Positions 57,051 to 63,972 of a stretch of 64,000 nt of DNA are shown piece after piece (the first letter of the stretch is position 1; the number at the start of each line of letters is the position of its first letter). The notes beneath the pieces were generated by a model that was not told where the DNA came from, searched no databases, and saw nothing but the letters and a program-made list of their open reading frames with translations. A program made the translations under genes and the position numbers. The stretch comes from a virus: IMG/VR virus record IMGVR_UViG_3300046517_002960, positions 96,001 to 160,000 of that record. The stretch is one strand, 5' to 3'.

Positions 57051-57134
57051 GCCCCGCTGGCGAAGCTGGAAGACGCGCACGGTTCAGGACCGTGTGTCCG
57101 TGAGGACGGGAGGGTTCAAATCCCTCGTGGGGCA
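57051..57134 (+). tRNA. tRNA-Leu(CAG)
   Basis: Long variable arm; loop TT-CAG-GA. Confidence 0.92.
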
Positions 57135-57139
57135 CTTCA

Positions 57140-57230
57140 GGAGGGTTGGCCCGGAGCTGGCGTACTGGGACCGCACTGCTAATGCGGCAGTCTGGAGACA
57201 GGCTCGCGAGTTCGATTCTCGCACCTTCCG
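57140..57230 (+). tRNA. tRNA-Ser(GCT)
   Basis: Long variable arm; loop CT-GCT-AA; G73. Confidence 0.9.
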
Positions 57231-57386
57231 CGAGCAGGACAGGCTCTCCCCGCTGGCGGGCAGGTTACCCGCAGGGAGAGCCGGCCGGCGGCGGTAATCG
57301 GCCACCCCACCTGCCCTAGACGCTCTCCGGAATCCGCACCGGGAAGCGCCAAGCCCGGCGTCCCGGGCACTGCAGATTCTACCCCT

Positions 57387-57477
57387 GGAGGGTTCGCCTA
57401 GTGGCCTATGGCGCCGGCCCGGAAAGCCGGTTGGGACGAAAGTACCCTCGCGAGTTCGACTCTCGCACCCTCCGCCA
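57387..57477 (+). tRNA. tRNA-Ser(GGA)
   Basis: Loop CC-GGA-AA; CCA. Confidence 0.88.
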
Positions 57478-57512
57478 GCCTGGCCGTCCGGAGAATGGCG
57501 GCTGGGCCTGCT

Positions 57513-57599
57513 GGAGGATTCGCCTAGCGGCCAGGGCAGCCGATTTGAAACCGGCCAGGGGTCTTGCAGCCCTCGCGAGTTCGAGTCTCGCATCCTCCG
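57513..57599 (+). tRNA. tRNA-Ser(TGA)
   Basis: Loop TT-TGA-AA; G73. Confidence 0.9.
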
Positions 57600-57603
57600 C
57601 CCG

Positions 57604-57691
57604 GGAGGGTTCGCCTAGTGGCCTATGGCGCCGGCTTCGAAACCCGGTTGGGACGAAAGTACCCTCGCGAGTTCGACTCTCGCACCCTCCG
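57604..57691 (+). tRNA. tRNA-Ser(CGA)
   Basis: Loop TT-CGA-AA; body matches Ser(GGA). Confidence 0.9.
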
Positions 57692-57713
57692 CTTCACACC
57701 GTGCTTCACACAT

Positions 57714-57791
57714 GGGCCGGCAGCGTAGCCCGGTTCTCGCAGCTGGCTGATAACCAGTTTGGCGGAGGTTCAAATCCTCCCCGGCCCACCA
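57714..57791 (+). tRNA. tRNA-Ile(GAT)
   Basis: Loop CT-GAT-AA; CCA. Confidence 0.88.
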
Positions 57792-57792
57792 T

Positions 57793-57869
57793 GGCGAGAT
57801 AGCTCAGGCTGGCAGAGCGCCGGACTCATACCCCGGAGGTCGGGATCTCGGTATTCCCTCTCGCTACCA
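57793..57869 (+). tRNA. tRNA(CAT), elongator Met or Ile2, atypical T arm
   Basis: Loop CT-CAT-AC; T loop lacks TTC; CCA. Confidence 0.75.
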
Positions 57870-57948
57870 CGGCCCGTAGTTCAGCCTGGCTTAGAACGGC
57901 ACCCTTATGAAGTGTGCGTCAGGGGTTCAAATCCCCTCGGGCCCACCA
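57870..57948 (+). tRNA. tRNA-Ile(TAT)
   Basis: Loop CT-TAT-GA; C1xC72; CCA. Confidence 0.8.
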
Positions 57949-57949
57949 T

Positions 57950-58525
57950 TCAGGAAGCACCGGCTAGCGGCACCTGCCGGGCGTTCCAGGCGCTGACGGC
58001 GGACAGCGTGAACCCGTCCGTGATCTCCCCGGCAGCGATCATCGCGGTGAGCCCGGAAAAGGTCAGCCACCGGATCTCGGTGATCTCCTCGGTGTCGGCC
58101 GGCACGGCCTGCATGGCCGCGGCACCTACCCGGGCCGCGTACATGTGCACCGCGGTCCCGAGGTGCGCGGAGTCCGGATGGACGCAGCCCAGGAATACCA
58201 GGTCCAGGGCCGCGGCGCCGATCTCCTCGATCAGCTCGGCGCGGGCGGTGGTCTCAGGGCAGGGGCCGTGCGCGTAGCCGCGGGGGAAGCCCCATTCCCA
58301 TTCCTGGGTGGCGTAACGCCAGGTCCGGACCAGGGCGGTATGCTCGCCGGTCACCGGCATGACGACCACGCCGGGATGGCCGCTCCCGGAGATGATGCGG
58401 TAGTAGCGGCCCTGCCGTCCGGAGGAGAACCGGACGTGATCATCAAATACGGTGACGAACCGGTTCCGGTAGACGATCTCCTCGGCGATTCTCTCGATCG
58501 GCGGCGCGCTGGCAGGTGCAGTCAT
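57950..58525 (-). CDS. Nudix hydrolase (NudF-like)
   Basis: WGFPRG..ETTARAELIEEIG Nudix box. Confidence 0.88.
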   Translation of the reverse strand: MTAPASAPPIERIAEEIVYRNRFVTVFDDHVRFSSGRQGRYYRIISGSGHPGVVVMPVTGEHTALVRTWRYATQEWEWGFPRGYAHGPCPETTARAELIEEIGAAALDLVFLGCVHPDSAHLGTAVHMYAARVGAAAMQAVPADTEEITEIRWLTFSGLTAMIAAGEITDGFTLSAVSAWNARQVPLAGAS

Positions 58526-58603
58526 GATCTTCCGTTCCCGCTCCCTGCCCCTGACAACGTGTCACAGCGAAGATACGTTCAGTGAGTAGCCTTATGTAAG
58601 CAG

Positions 58604-58675
58604 GGTCCGCTAGCTCAACGGCAGAGCATCCGACTTTTAATCGGCTGGTTCAGGGTTCGAGCCCCTGGTGGACCA
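58604..58675 (+). tRNA. tRNA-Lys(TTT)
   Basis: Loop CT-TTT-AA. Confidence 0.9.
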
Positions 58676-58676
58676 C

Positions 58677-58880
58677 TCAGCCCCAGGACACCATCTGCGG
58701 GGCCGGGTGCTTGGTCCAGGTGTCGGCGAGCGCCGGGTGCGCGTGCTTGGTCCAGGTGTCGGCGACGGTCGCGTGATGCGGAGCGGGCGGGGTGCCCCAG
58801 GACACCATCGCGGCACCGGAGCCCGTGGCAACGGCGGCTGCGAGGACGAGAGCGGCGATCCTGGCCTTGGCGGATTTCAT
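58677..58880 (-). CDS. 67-aa secreted peptide with internal repeats
   Basis: Signal-like N-terminus; MVSWG twice, ADTWTKH twice; GGAAGG RBS and own promoter. Confidence 0.7.
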   Translation of the reverse strand: MKSAKARIAALVLAAAVATGSGAAMVSWGTPPAPHHATVADTWTKHAHPALADTWTKHPAPQMVSWG

Positions 58881-58918
58881 AGCGTTACCTTCCCCGTTAC
58901 TAGGTGTTCTCATAACTG

Positions 58919-58946
58919 AGCGTACAGACCGGTCACAGCGTGTCAA
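58919..58946 (-). promoter_or_regulatory. promoter for the repeat peptide gene
   Basis: TTGACA-N16-TACGCT on the minus strand. Confidence 0.55.
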
Positions 58947-58950
58947 TAGC

Positions 58951-58979
58951 TTGCGCGGCACTTTCCGTAGCCGTAAGGT
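58951..58979 (+). promoter_or_regulatory. promoter for the second tRNA block
   Basis: TTGCGC-N17-TAAGGT, 8 nt before tRNA-Arg(TCT). Confidence 0.6.
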
Positions 58980-58987
58980 GACAGGAT

Positions 58988-59060
58988 GCGCCTGTAGCTC
59001 AAGGGGATAGAGTCTCGCCTTCTAAGCGAGGGGATGGGGGTTCGATGCCTCCCGGGCGCG
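58988..59060 (+). tRNA. tRNA-Arg(TCT)
   Basis: Loop CT-TCT-AA. Confidence 0.88.
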
Positions 59061-59191
59061 CTGGGGACCCCGGCCTGCGAGGCGGCCCGTGAGCCGTCGC
59101 CGGCAGATCCGGCACCGGGGTCCTCAACTAGTCTCAGCTGAGATATCGCGTAGTAGCCTCTTGAGACATCGGTCATTGCTATACTGAAAAC

Positions 59192-59686
59192 ATGACCATG
59201 CCCACGCCGCACTTCTGCGACTGTGGATGTGGTGAGAAAACAGCTGTTGCCCCGAGGAATAATACGAAGCGGGGATACGTCAAGGGCTTGTCGTTCCGGT
59301 TCGTCGGACGGCATCATGCCTGGAAAGGCGACGAGGCCAGCTATCGTGTCTTGCACACAGCTCTGAACCTGCACTACCCGAAGTCAGGCGTGTGCGAGGA
59401 GTGCGGCGCGGAAGCAGAGACCGAGTACTCACTGATTCATGGCCGTCAAGTGTCTCGGCGGCGCGAGGATTACAGGGAGCTCTGCAAACCCTGTCACCAT
59501 GGTTACGACACGGGCGGGGAGCGCAGCCTGAACGCTAAGCTGACGGAAGCGAACGTGCGTGATCTCAGAGTGCGCTTCGATGACGGGCAAGGCGAGCCTA
59601 TTGAAGTTCTTGCTCGCGAGTACGGCGTTTCTCCCGCGGCGGCTTACCGGGCTGCGACGCGCAAGTCCTGGCGTCACGTCGCTTGA
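59192..59686 (+). CDS. free-standing homing-endonuclease-like protein (Zn knuckle, HNH-like core, HTH), leaderless
   Basis: CDCGCG, YRVLH, CEECG, LCKPCH, KLTEANVRDLR; TGC-TATACT 7 nt before ATG. Confidence 0.8.
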   Translation: MTMPTPHFCDCGCGEKTAVAPRNNTKRGYVKGLSFRFVGRHHAWKGDEASYRVLHTALNLHYPKSGVCEECGAEAETEYSLIHGRQVSRRREDYRELCKPCHHGYDTGGERSLNAKLTEANVRDLRVRFDDGQGEPIEVLAREYGVSPAAAYRAATRKSWRHVA

Positions 59687-59722
59687 CGGATGTACCTGAA
59701 GATTGCTTCTGAACGCTTACAT

Positions 59723-59800
59723 GGTCCTGCAGGCCAGCCAGGAGTGGCCGTCTGCCCCTCAAGCAGGAGATCGCGGGTTCGAATCCCGCCAGGACTACCA
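59723..59800 (+). tRNA. tRNA-Glu(CTC)
   Basis: Loop CC-CTC-AA; CCA. Confidence 0.88.
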
Positions 59801-59801
59801 T

Positions 59802-59876
59802 GGCCCCATAGTGCTAGCGGTCCAGGCCGCCTGCCTTTCAAGCAGGAGATCACGGGTTCGAATCCCGTTGGGGCTA
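59802..59876 (+). tRNA. tRNA-Glu(TTC)
   Basis: Loop CT-TTC-AA. Confidence 0.88.
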
Positions 59877-59890
59877 CGGTGTAAATGCGA

Positions 59891-59962
59891 CGCGGAGGGT
59901 GCTAGGTCAACCAGCCAGGCTCATAACCTCGGCAAACGCGGGTTCAAATCCCGCCTCCGCTA
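59891..59962 (+). tRNA. initiator-like tRNA-fMet(CAT)
   Basis: C1xU72 mismatch, CGCGG 5' end; loop CT-CAT-AA; only two of three G:C pairs. Confidence 0.8.
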
Positions 59963-59966
59963 CTAA

Positions 59967-60037
59967 GGTGCCCTGGAGCGTTTCCGGCTGACTACCGGTC
60001 GTCGCCCCGGGTTCGTCGCCGGGATCAGGGCACCCCA
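59967..60037 (+). ncRNA. D-armless tRNA-Val(GAC)-like RNA with 9-bp acceptor
   Basis: GGTGCCCTG/CAGGGCACC then CCA; CCGG-CTGACTA-CCGG; T-like arm. Confidence 0.55.
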
Positions 60038-60038
60038 G

Positions 60039-60110
60039 TCCCCCATAGCTCAATGGCAGTAGCGCCCGGCCGTTAACCGGTGGATCTTGGTTCGAGTCCA
60101 GGTGGGGGAG
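60039..60110 (+). tRNA. tRNA-Asn(GTT)
   Basis: U1:A72, G73; loop CC-GTT-AA. Confidence 0.88.
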
Positions 60111-60123
60111 CGCAGAAACACAA

Positions 60124-60197
60124 GGTGGCGTAACTCAGCAGGTCAGAGTGCTGGACTGTCTATCCGGAAGTCGCGGGTTCGAATCCCGTCGTCACCG
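60124..60197 (+). tRNA. tRNA-Asp(GTC)
   Basis: Loop CT-GTC-TA; G73. Confidence 0.9.
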
Positions 60198-60310
60198 CTA
60201 GCACCCAGTCCCTGGTGCTTGCCCGGAAGGTCTTCCGCACACTGCGCGCGGCAGCGGAAGCGCCTGGCCGGGGAACCCGCGACAGCGTAACAGCGGCGGA
60301 TGGGACACAC

Positions 60311-60384
60311 GGTCGCTTAGCTCAGTTCGGGAGAGCGTCGTCCTGACGCGACGAAGGCCACTGGTTCAATCCCAGTAGCGACCA
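60311..60384 (+). tRNA. tRNA-Val(GAC)
   Basis: Loop CT-GAC-GC. Confidence 0.9.
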
Positions 60385-60398
60385 CGCAGTACCAGCAA

Positions 60399-60474
60399 GT
60401 CCCCGTAGCTCAACGGATAGAGCTGCTGCCTACGGAGCAGTGCGTTGCAGGTTCGAGTCCTGCCGGGGATGCCA
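60399..60474 (+). tRNA. tRNA-Arg(ACG)
   Basis: Loop CT-ACG-GA; CCA. Confidence 0.92.
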
Positions 60475-60540
60475 GCGGAGAGGTATCGGCAGTACCGTAA
60501 AGCCAGGTCACGTGCCCGAGGACCTGCGCCTCTCCGTCAA

Positions 60541-60616
60541 GGGCGGTTAGCTCAGCGGGAGAGCGCTGGGTCCACACCCCGGGACATTTGCGCCGGTTCG
60601 ATCCCGGCACCGCCTA
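60541..60616 (+). tRNA. tRNA-Val(CAC)
   Basis: Loop TC-CAC-AC; 9-nt variable region. Confidence 0.85.
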
Positions 60617-60618
60617 CT

Positions 60619-60690
60619 GTGGCCGTAGCTCAATGGTCAGAGCAACGGGCCGTGAACCCGAATATGCGCGTTCAATTCGCGTCGGCCACC
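60619..60690 (+). tRNA. tRNA-His(GTG)
   Basis: Loop CC-GTG-AA; C73; the -1 base is T, not G. Confidence 0.85.
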
Positions 60691-60692
60691 CC

Positions 60693-60776
60693 GGCAGGTT
60701 ACCCAAGCGGACAAAGGGAGCTGTCTGTAAAACAGTCGGCATTACGCCTGCGCTGGTTCGAACCCAGCACCTGCCA
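60693..60776 (+). tRNA. tRNA-Tyr(GTA)
   Basis: Loop CT-GTA-AA; type II variable arm. Confidence 0.92.
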
Positions 60777-60777
60777 C

Positions 60778-61197
60778 ATGAACACGAAAACGAGAATCGG
60801 CCTGGACTACTGGCAGGTCTGCAGCCACTGGCCGTACTTCGGCGAGCTGGCGGCGGCCCTGCGGGCGGCAGGCCATGAGGTGCACGTCATCTCGGCGGTC
60901 GGCCGGAAATCCGCCGGCACCGTCGCGCCCGGGCTAGCTGAGCTCGGTATCGCCGTTGACGGCGTGCACGAGCGGCTGTTCCGCCATCCGCGGGAGTCGC
61001 CGCAGCTGAAGCTGGCCGCGTGCCGGGAACTGGGCATCGGGGTCTTCTACGACGACCGGCAGGACGTGACCGACCTGCTGAACGCGAACGGGATCCTGGC
61101 CCTGCGGGTGCCGCGGCGCCAGGCCGGGCTGTCGGACACTGAGGGAGAACGGCGGGGCTCGCCGCCGCGGGGTGATCGTGACCCGGCAGCCGTCTAA
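60778..61197 (+). CDS. HAD-superfamily phosphatase-like protein
   Basis: IGLDYWQ (degenerate motif I), HVISAV (II), K (III), FYDDRQD (IV). Confidence 0.7.
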   Translation: MNTKTRIGLDYWQVCSHWPYFGELAAALRAAGHEVHVISAVGRKSAGTVAPGLAELGIAVDGVHERLFRHPRESPQLKLAACRELGIGVFYDDRQDVTDLLNANGILALRVPRRQAGLSDTEGERRGSPPRGDRDPAAV

Positions 61198-61262
61198 GGT
61201 CGTGACCCGGCTGAACGAGAAAGACCCGCCAGCCTCAGGGCACAGCGGGCCGCAGTAAGCAG

Positions 61263-61336
61263 GACCCCATAGCTCAGCGGATAGAGCACCGCCCTCCGGA
61301 GGCGGGTTGTCGCAGGTTCGAATCCTGCTGGGGCCA
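61263..61336 (+). tRNA. tRNA-Arg(CCG)
   Basis: Loop CT-CCG-GA. Confidence 0.88.
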
Positions 61337-61395
61337 CTGGCTGGCAGGTGAGCAGGCTGACACCGCCTTCGGGCTCAGCCCCCTGCCGGCCGTAC

Positions 61396-61471
61396 CGCCG
61401 AGTGACCGAGCTGGCTAGGTGAACGCCTGCAAAGCGTTTTGACACGGGTTCAAGTCCCGTCTCGGCGTCCA
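61396..61471 (+). tRNA. tRNA-Cys(GCA)
   Basis: Loop CT-GCA-AA; U73; CCA. Confidence 0.9.
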
Positions 61472-61472
61472 C

Positions 61473-61546
61473 GACCCTGTAGCTCAGCCGGATAGAGCAG
61501 GCGCCCCCTAAGCGCTATGTCGCGGGTTCGAATCCCCCCAGGGCCA
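61473..61546 (+). tRNA. tRNA-Arg(CCT)
   Basis: Loop CC-CCT-AA. Confidence 0.85.
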
Positions 61547-61560
61547 CGTATGATGAGGAC

Positions 61561-61629
61561 GGCACGGGCCGGAGGCAGTCGGTTATCTTCGAACAAGTCA
61601 AGCCGGTTACCGCACACATGCCCGCTGCC
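61561..61629 (+). ncRNA. Y RNA 1 (minimal scaffold)
   Basis: GGCACGGGCCGGAGG..CGGTTATC..CCGGTT..ACATGCCCGCTGCC. Confidence 0.7.
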
Positions 61630-61661
61630 CTTCCCCTGGTGCTCACGCTATGAAAGAACGC

Positions 61662-61774
61662 GAGACGGGCCGGAAGGAAATCGGTTACCGGAAAACGGGA
61701 CTCACACTCCTGCAGAGGGATTCGAAGCCCTCACCCCCGCAAGGGGAACCGGTTCCCGGCAACACGCCCGTCTC
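61662..61774 (+). ncRNA. Y RNA 2 (Val CAC anticodon arm, T-like arm, closed acceptor)
   Basis: 9-bp terminal stem; CGGGA-CTCACAC-TCCTG; GAGGG-ATTCGAAG-CCCTC; CCCC-GCAA-GGGG. Confidence 0.78.
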
Positions 61775-61775
61775 T

Positions 61776-61927
61776 CAGCTTGAGCCCGGCGGGCCGGACG
61801 TGATGCCGGTTATCGAAGGTTCGACTCCTCCAGGCCCCACTCTCACGGGGCCTCCCGTTCGGCGGGATCCCTCCCTGACACGGAGGGAAGCCCGGTGTCC
61901 ACTCACATGCCCGCCGGCCTCAAGCTG
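61776..61927 (+). ncRNA. Y RNA 3 (T arm, closed acceptor, D-like arm, Val GAC anticodon arm)
   Basis: GAAGG-TTCGACT-CCTCC; AGGCCCC/GGGGCCT; CCCG/CGGG; CCCTCC-CTGACAC-GGAGGG. Confidence 0.8.
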
Positions 61928-61934
61928 CAAGCCC

Positions 61935-62017
61935 CTGGCGGGCCGGATGAGGGTCGGTTATCACCAGACTCCTAATCTGGCGCGATAGCGCTCCGGTCCC
62001 CGTAACACGCCCGCCAG
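61935..62017 (+). ncRNA. Y RNA 4 (Arg CCU anticodon stem-loop)
   Basis: CTGGCGGGC/GCCCGCCAG; CCAGA-CTCCTAA-TCTGG. Confidence 0.78.
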
Positions 62018-62033
62018 CCACAATTTCATAGAC

Positions 62034-62173
62034 CTGACGGGCCGGACGAGAATCGGTTACCGCCTTGGGAGCGCGTGGTTGCAGGTTCGAGTCCTGTCAG
62101 CCCTCCGGAAGGGGGGCTGTAGCTCAATTGGCAGAGCGCGTAAACGGCCGGTTCACAAGCACACGCCCGTCAG
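62034..62173 (+). ncRNA. yrlA: YrlA-type Y RNA 5
   Basis: GCAGG-TTCGAGT-CCTGT, acceptor closed by GGAA loop, TAGCTCAATTGGCAGAGC D arm, terminal CTGACGGGC/GCCCGTCAG. Confidence 0.92.
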
Positions 62174-62179
62174 CTAACT

Positions 62180-62294
62180 GAAGACAAGCCCCCGCGGGCC
62201 GGAAGCGGAGCCGGTTATCGCCAACCATCCAACACTGGTACCGCGGCCACGTGCCGCACCGGTTCCCGTCAACATGCCCGCGGGGCTTGCCTTC
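62180..62294 (+). ncRNA. Y RNA 6 (two-hairpin module)
   Basis: Long terminal stem with GCCGGAAG; CGGTTATC; ACCA/TGGT and GCGGC/GCCGC hairpins. Confidence 0.72.
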
Positions 62295-62319
62295 ACAGAT
62301 CAGGAGGAGGAACACGATC

Positions 62320-63972
62320 ATGACCAACGACGCGCTGACGCAGATCCGGACCCGGGGCCGGGCCACGCCGCAGTCCGAGCAGGCCCACCCGGCGCAGATC
62401 CGGAACGACGCAGGCGGCTGGGCGTTCCAGGCTTCCGACGAGACCCGGGTGCACCGGTTCCTGACCATCGGCACCACGGGCGGCACCTTCTACACCGACG
62501 AGCGCAAGGCGACGCGGGACAACGGCGAGCTGATCATCGAGTTCGCCCGGGCCAACGCGTCCCGGCTGGTCCAGATGGCCACTGAGGTGTCCGTCGCGGG
62601 CCGCGCGCCGCGCAACCAGCAGGCGATCCTGGCCCTGATGGCCGCCATGGCCCTGGGGGACACTGAGGGCCGGCAGGCCGCGGAGCGTGCCTTCACCGAC
62701 GTCGTGCGGACCGGCACGCACCTGTTCACGGCGGCCAGGTACGCCGAGCAGTTCCGCGGCTGGGGCCGTATCGCCCGGCGCGCGTTCGCCCGGTGGTACC
62801 TGGACAAGGACGCCGAGCCGCTGTCCTACCAGCTGGTCAAGTACCGGCAGCGGGACGGCTGGACGCACCGTGACGTGCTCCGTTCCGCGCACTCCACCAG
62901 CGGCTGCGACGCCGCCCACGCGCAGCTGTTCGACTGGCTGTGCGGCCGGGAGGCGGACGGCGAGCGGCCGAAGTGGATCGCCGCGTACGAGCGCGCCCGG
63001 GAGATCGAGCGCGGCTCCGAGCCGGCCGGCGCCAGGACGGCTGCCTACGTGCGCCTCATCGAGGAGTACCCGGGCATCCCGTGGGAGGCGCTGCCGGACG
63101 AGGCCACCTCGCAGGCAGACGTCATGCGGGCGCTGATCGAGGCCGGCATGCCGGTCACGGCGCTGATCCGGAACCTGCCGAAGCTGACCCGGCTCGGCGT
63201 GATCGCCCCGATGAGCACGCACCTGCGGCTCGTCACGGAGCGGCTGACCAACGCTGAGCTGCTGCGCAAGGGCCGGGTCCACCCGGTTTCCCTGATGGTC
63301 GCAGCCAAGGTGTACGCCTCCGGCCGGTCCGAGCCGCGCCCGAACAGGCCGGTAGTCACGTGGACCCCGGTGCCGCAGGTCTCCGACGCGCTGACCGGCG
63401 CGTTCTACGCCGCCTTCCCGGCGGTGGAGCCGGCCGGCAAGAGGACCATGGTCAACCTGGACATCTCGGGTTCCATGACCAGCTCGGCCGCGGGCTACTG
63501 CGTCTCGGCGCGGGAGGTCGTGGCGGGCATGGCCCTGGTGACCATGAACACCGAGCCGGCCTGGGGCGTGTACGGCTTCAGCACCCAGTTCATGCCGCTG
63601 CAGCTGTCCCCGGGCATGCGGCTGGATGAGGCGATGCGGTACATGTCGCGACTGCCGTACGGCGGCACCGACGCCTCGCTGCCGATGCAGTGGGCGGCCC
63701 AGACCCGTACCGAGGTGGATGTCTTCCAGATCTCCACCGACTACGAGACCTGGGCGGGCTCCATGCACCCGCACGAGGCGCTGGAGAACTACCGCCAGAA
63801 GATGGGCATCAACGCCCGGATGCAGATGATCGCGGTCGCCCCGAACGAGTACTCGTTCTGGCCGCACTCCGCTCCGGGGTCCATCGCTGCCGACCTGGGC
63901 GTCCTGGACGTCAGCGGTTTCGACACCGACGTCCCGGTGCTCCTGGCCAACCACGCCCGGGGCGACATCTGA
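62320..63972 (+). CDS. rsr: Ro60/Rsr TROVE-domain RNA-binding protein with vWA domain
   Basis: NDAGGWAF, RFLTIGTTGGTFY, KYRQRDGWTHRDVLR, ALIRNL, RVHP, LDISGSM, GGTDASLPM; AGGAGG RBS before ATG 62320. Confidence 0.97.
   Translation: MTNDALTQIRTRGRATPQSEQAHPAQIRNDAGGWAFQASDETRVHRFLTIGTTGGTFYTDERKATRDNGELIIEFARANASRLVQMATEVSVAGRAPRNQQAILALMAAMALGDTEGRQAAERAFTDVVRTGTHLFTAARYAEQFRGWGRIARRAFARWYLDKDAEPLSYQLVKYRQRDGWTHRDVLRSAHSTSGCDAAHAQLFDWLCGREADGERPKWIAAYERAREIERGSEPAGARTAAYVRLIEEYPGIPWEALPDEATSQADVMRALIEAGMPVTALIRNLPKLTRLGVIAPMSTHLRLVTERLTNAELLRKGRVHPVSLMVAAKVYASGRSEPRPNRPVVTWTPVPQVSDALTGAFYAAFPAVEPAGKRTMVNLDISGSMTSSAAGYCVSAREVVAGMALVTMNTEPAWGVYGFSTQFMPLQLSPGMRLDEAMRYMSRLPYGGTDASLPMQWAAQTRTEVDVFQISTDYETWAGSMHPHEALENYRQKMGINARMQMIAVAPNEYSFWPHSAPGSIAADLGVLDVSGFDTDVPVLLANHARGDI

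Noticed and set aside
53960-61546. tmRNA, SRP RNA or rRNA in the RNA island
   Set aside because: No tag-peptide frame with tRNA-like ends, no SRP domain IV motif and no rRNA signature found by eye.
61561-62294. CRISPR-like repeat-spacer array
   Set aside because: Repeats are two short motifs that pair with each other across each unit, lengths vary from about 70 to 150 nt, and no cas genes are present.
62251-62319. ORF-track start of rsr at 62251
   Set aside because: Lies inside Y RNA 6; AGGAGG places the start at 62320.
53226-63972. RNA island as host chromosome rather than phage
   Set aside because: It is contiguous with phage structural genes, shares the TAAGGT promoter type with the left arm and has heavily non-canonical tRNAs; read coverage across 53135-53300 would settle a chimera.
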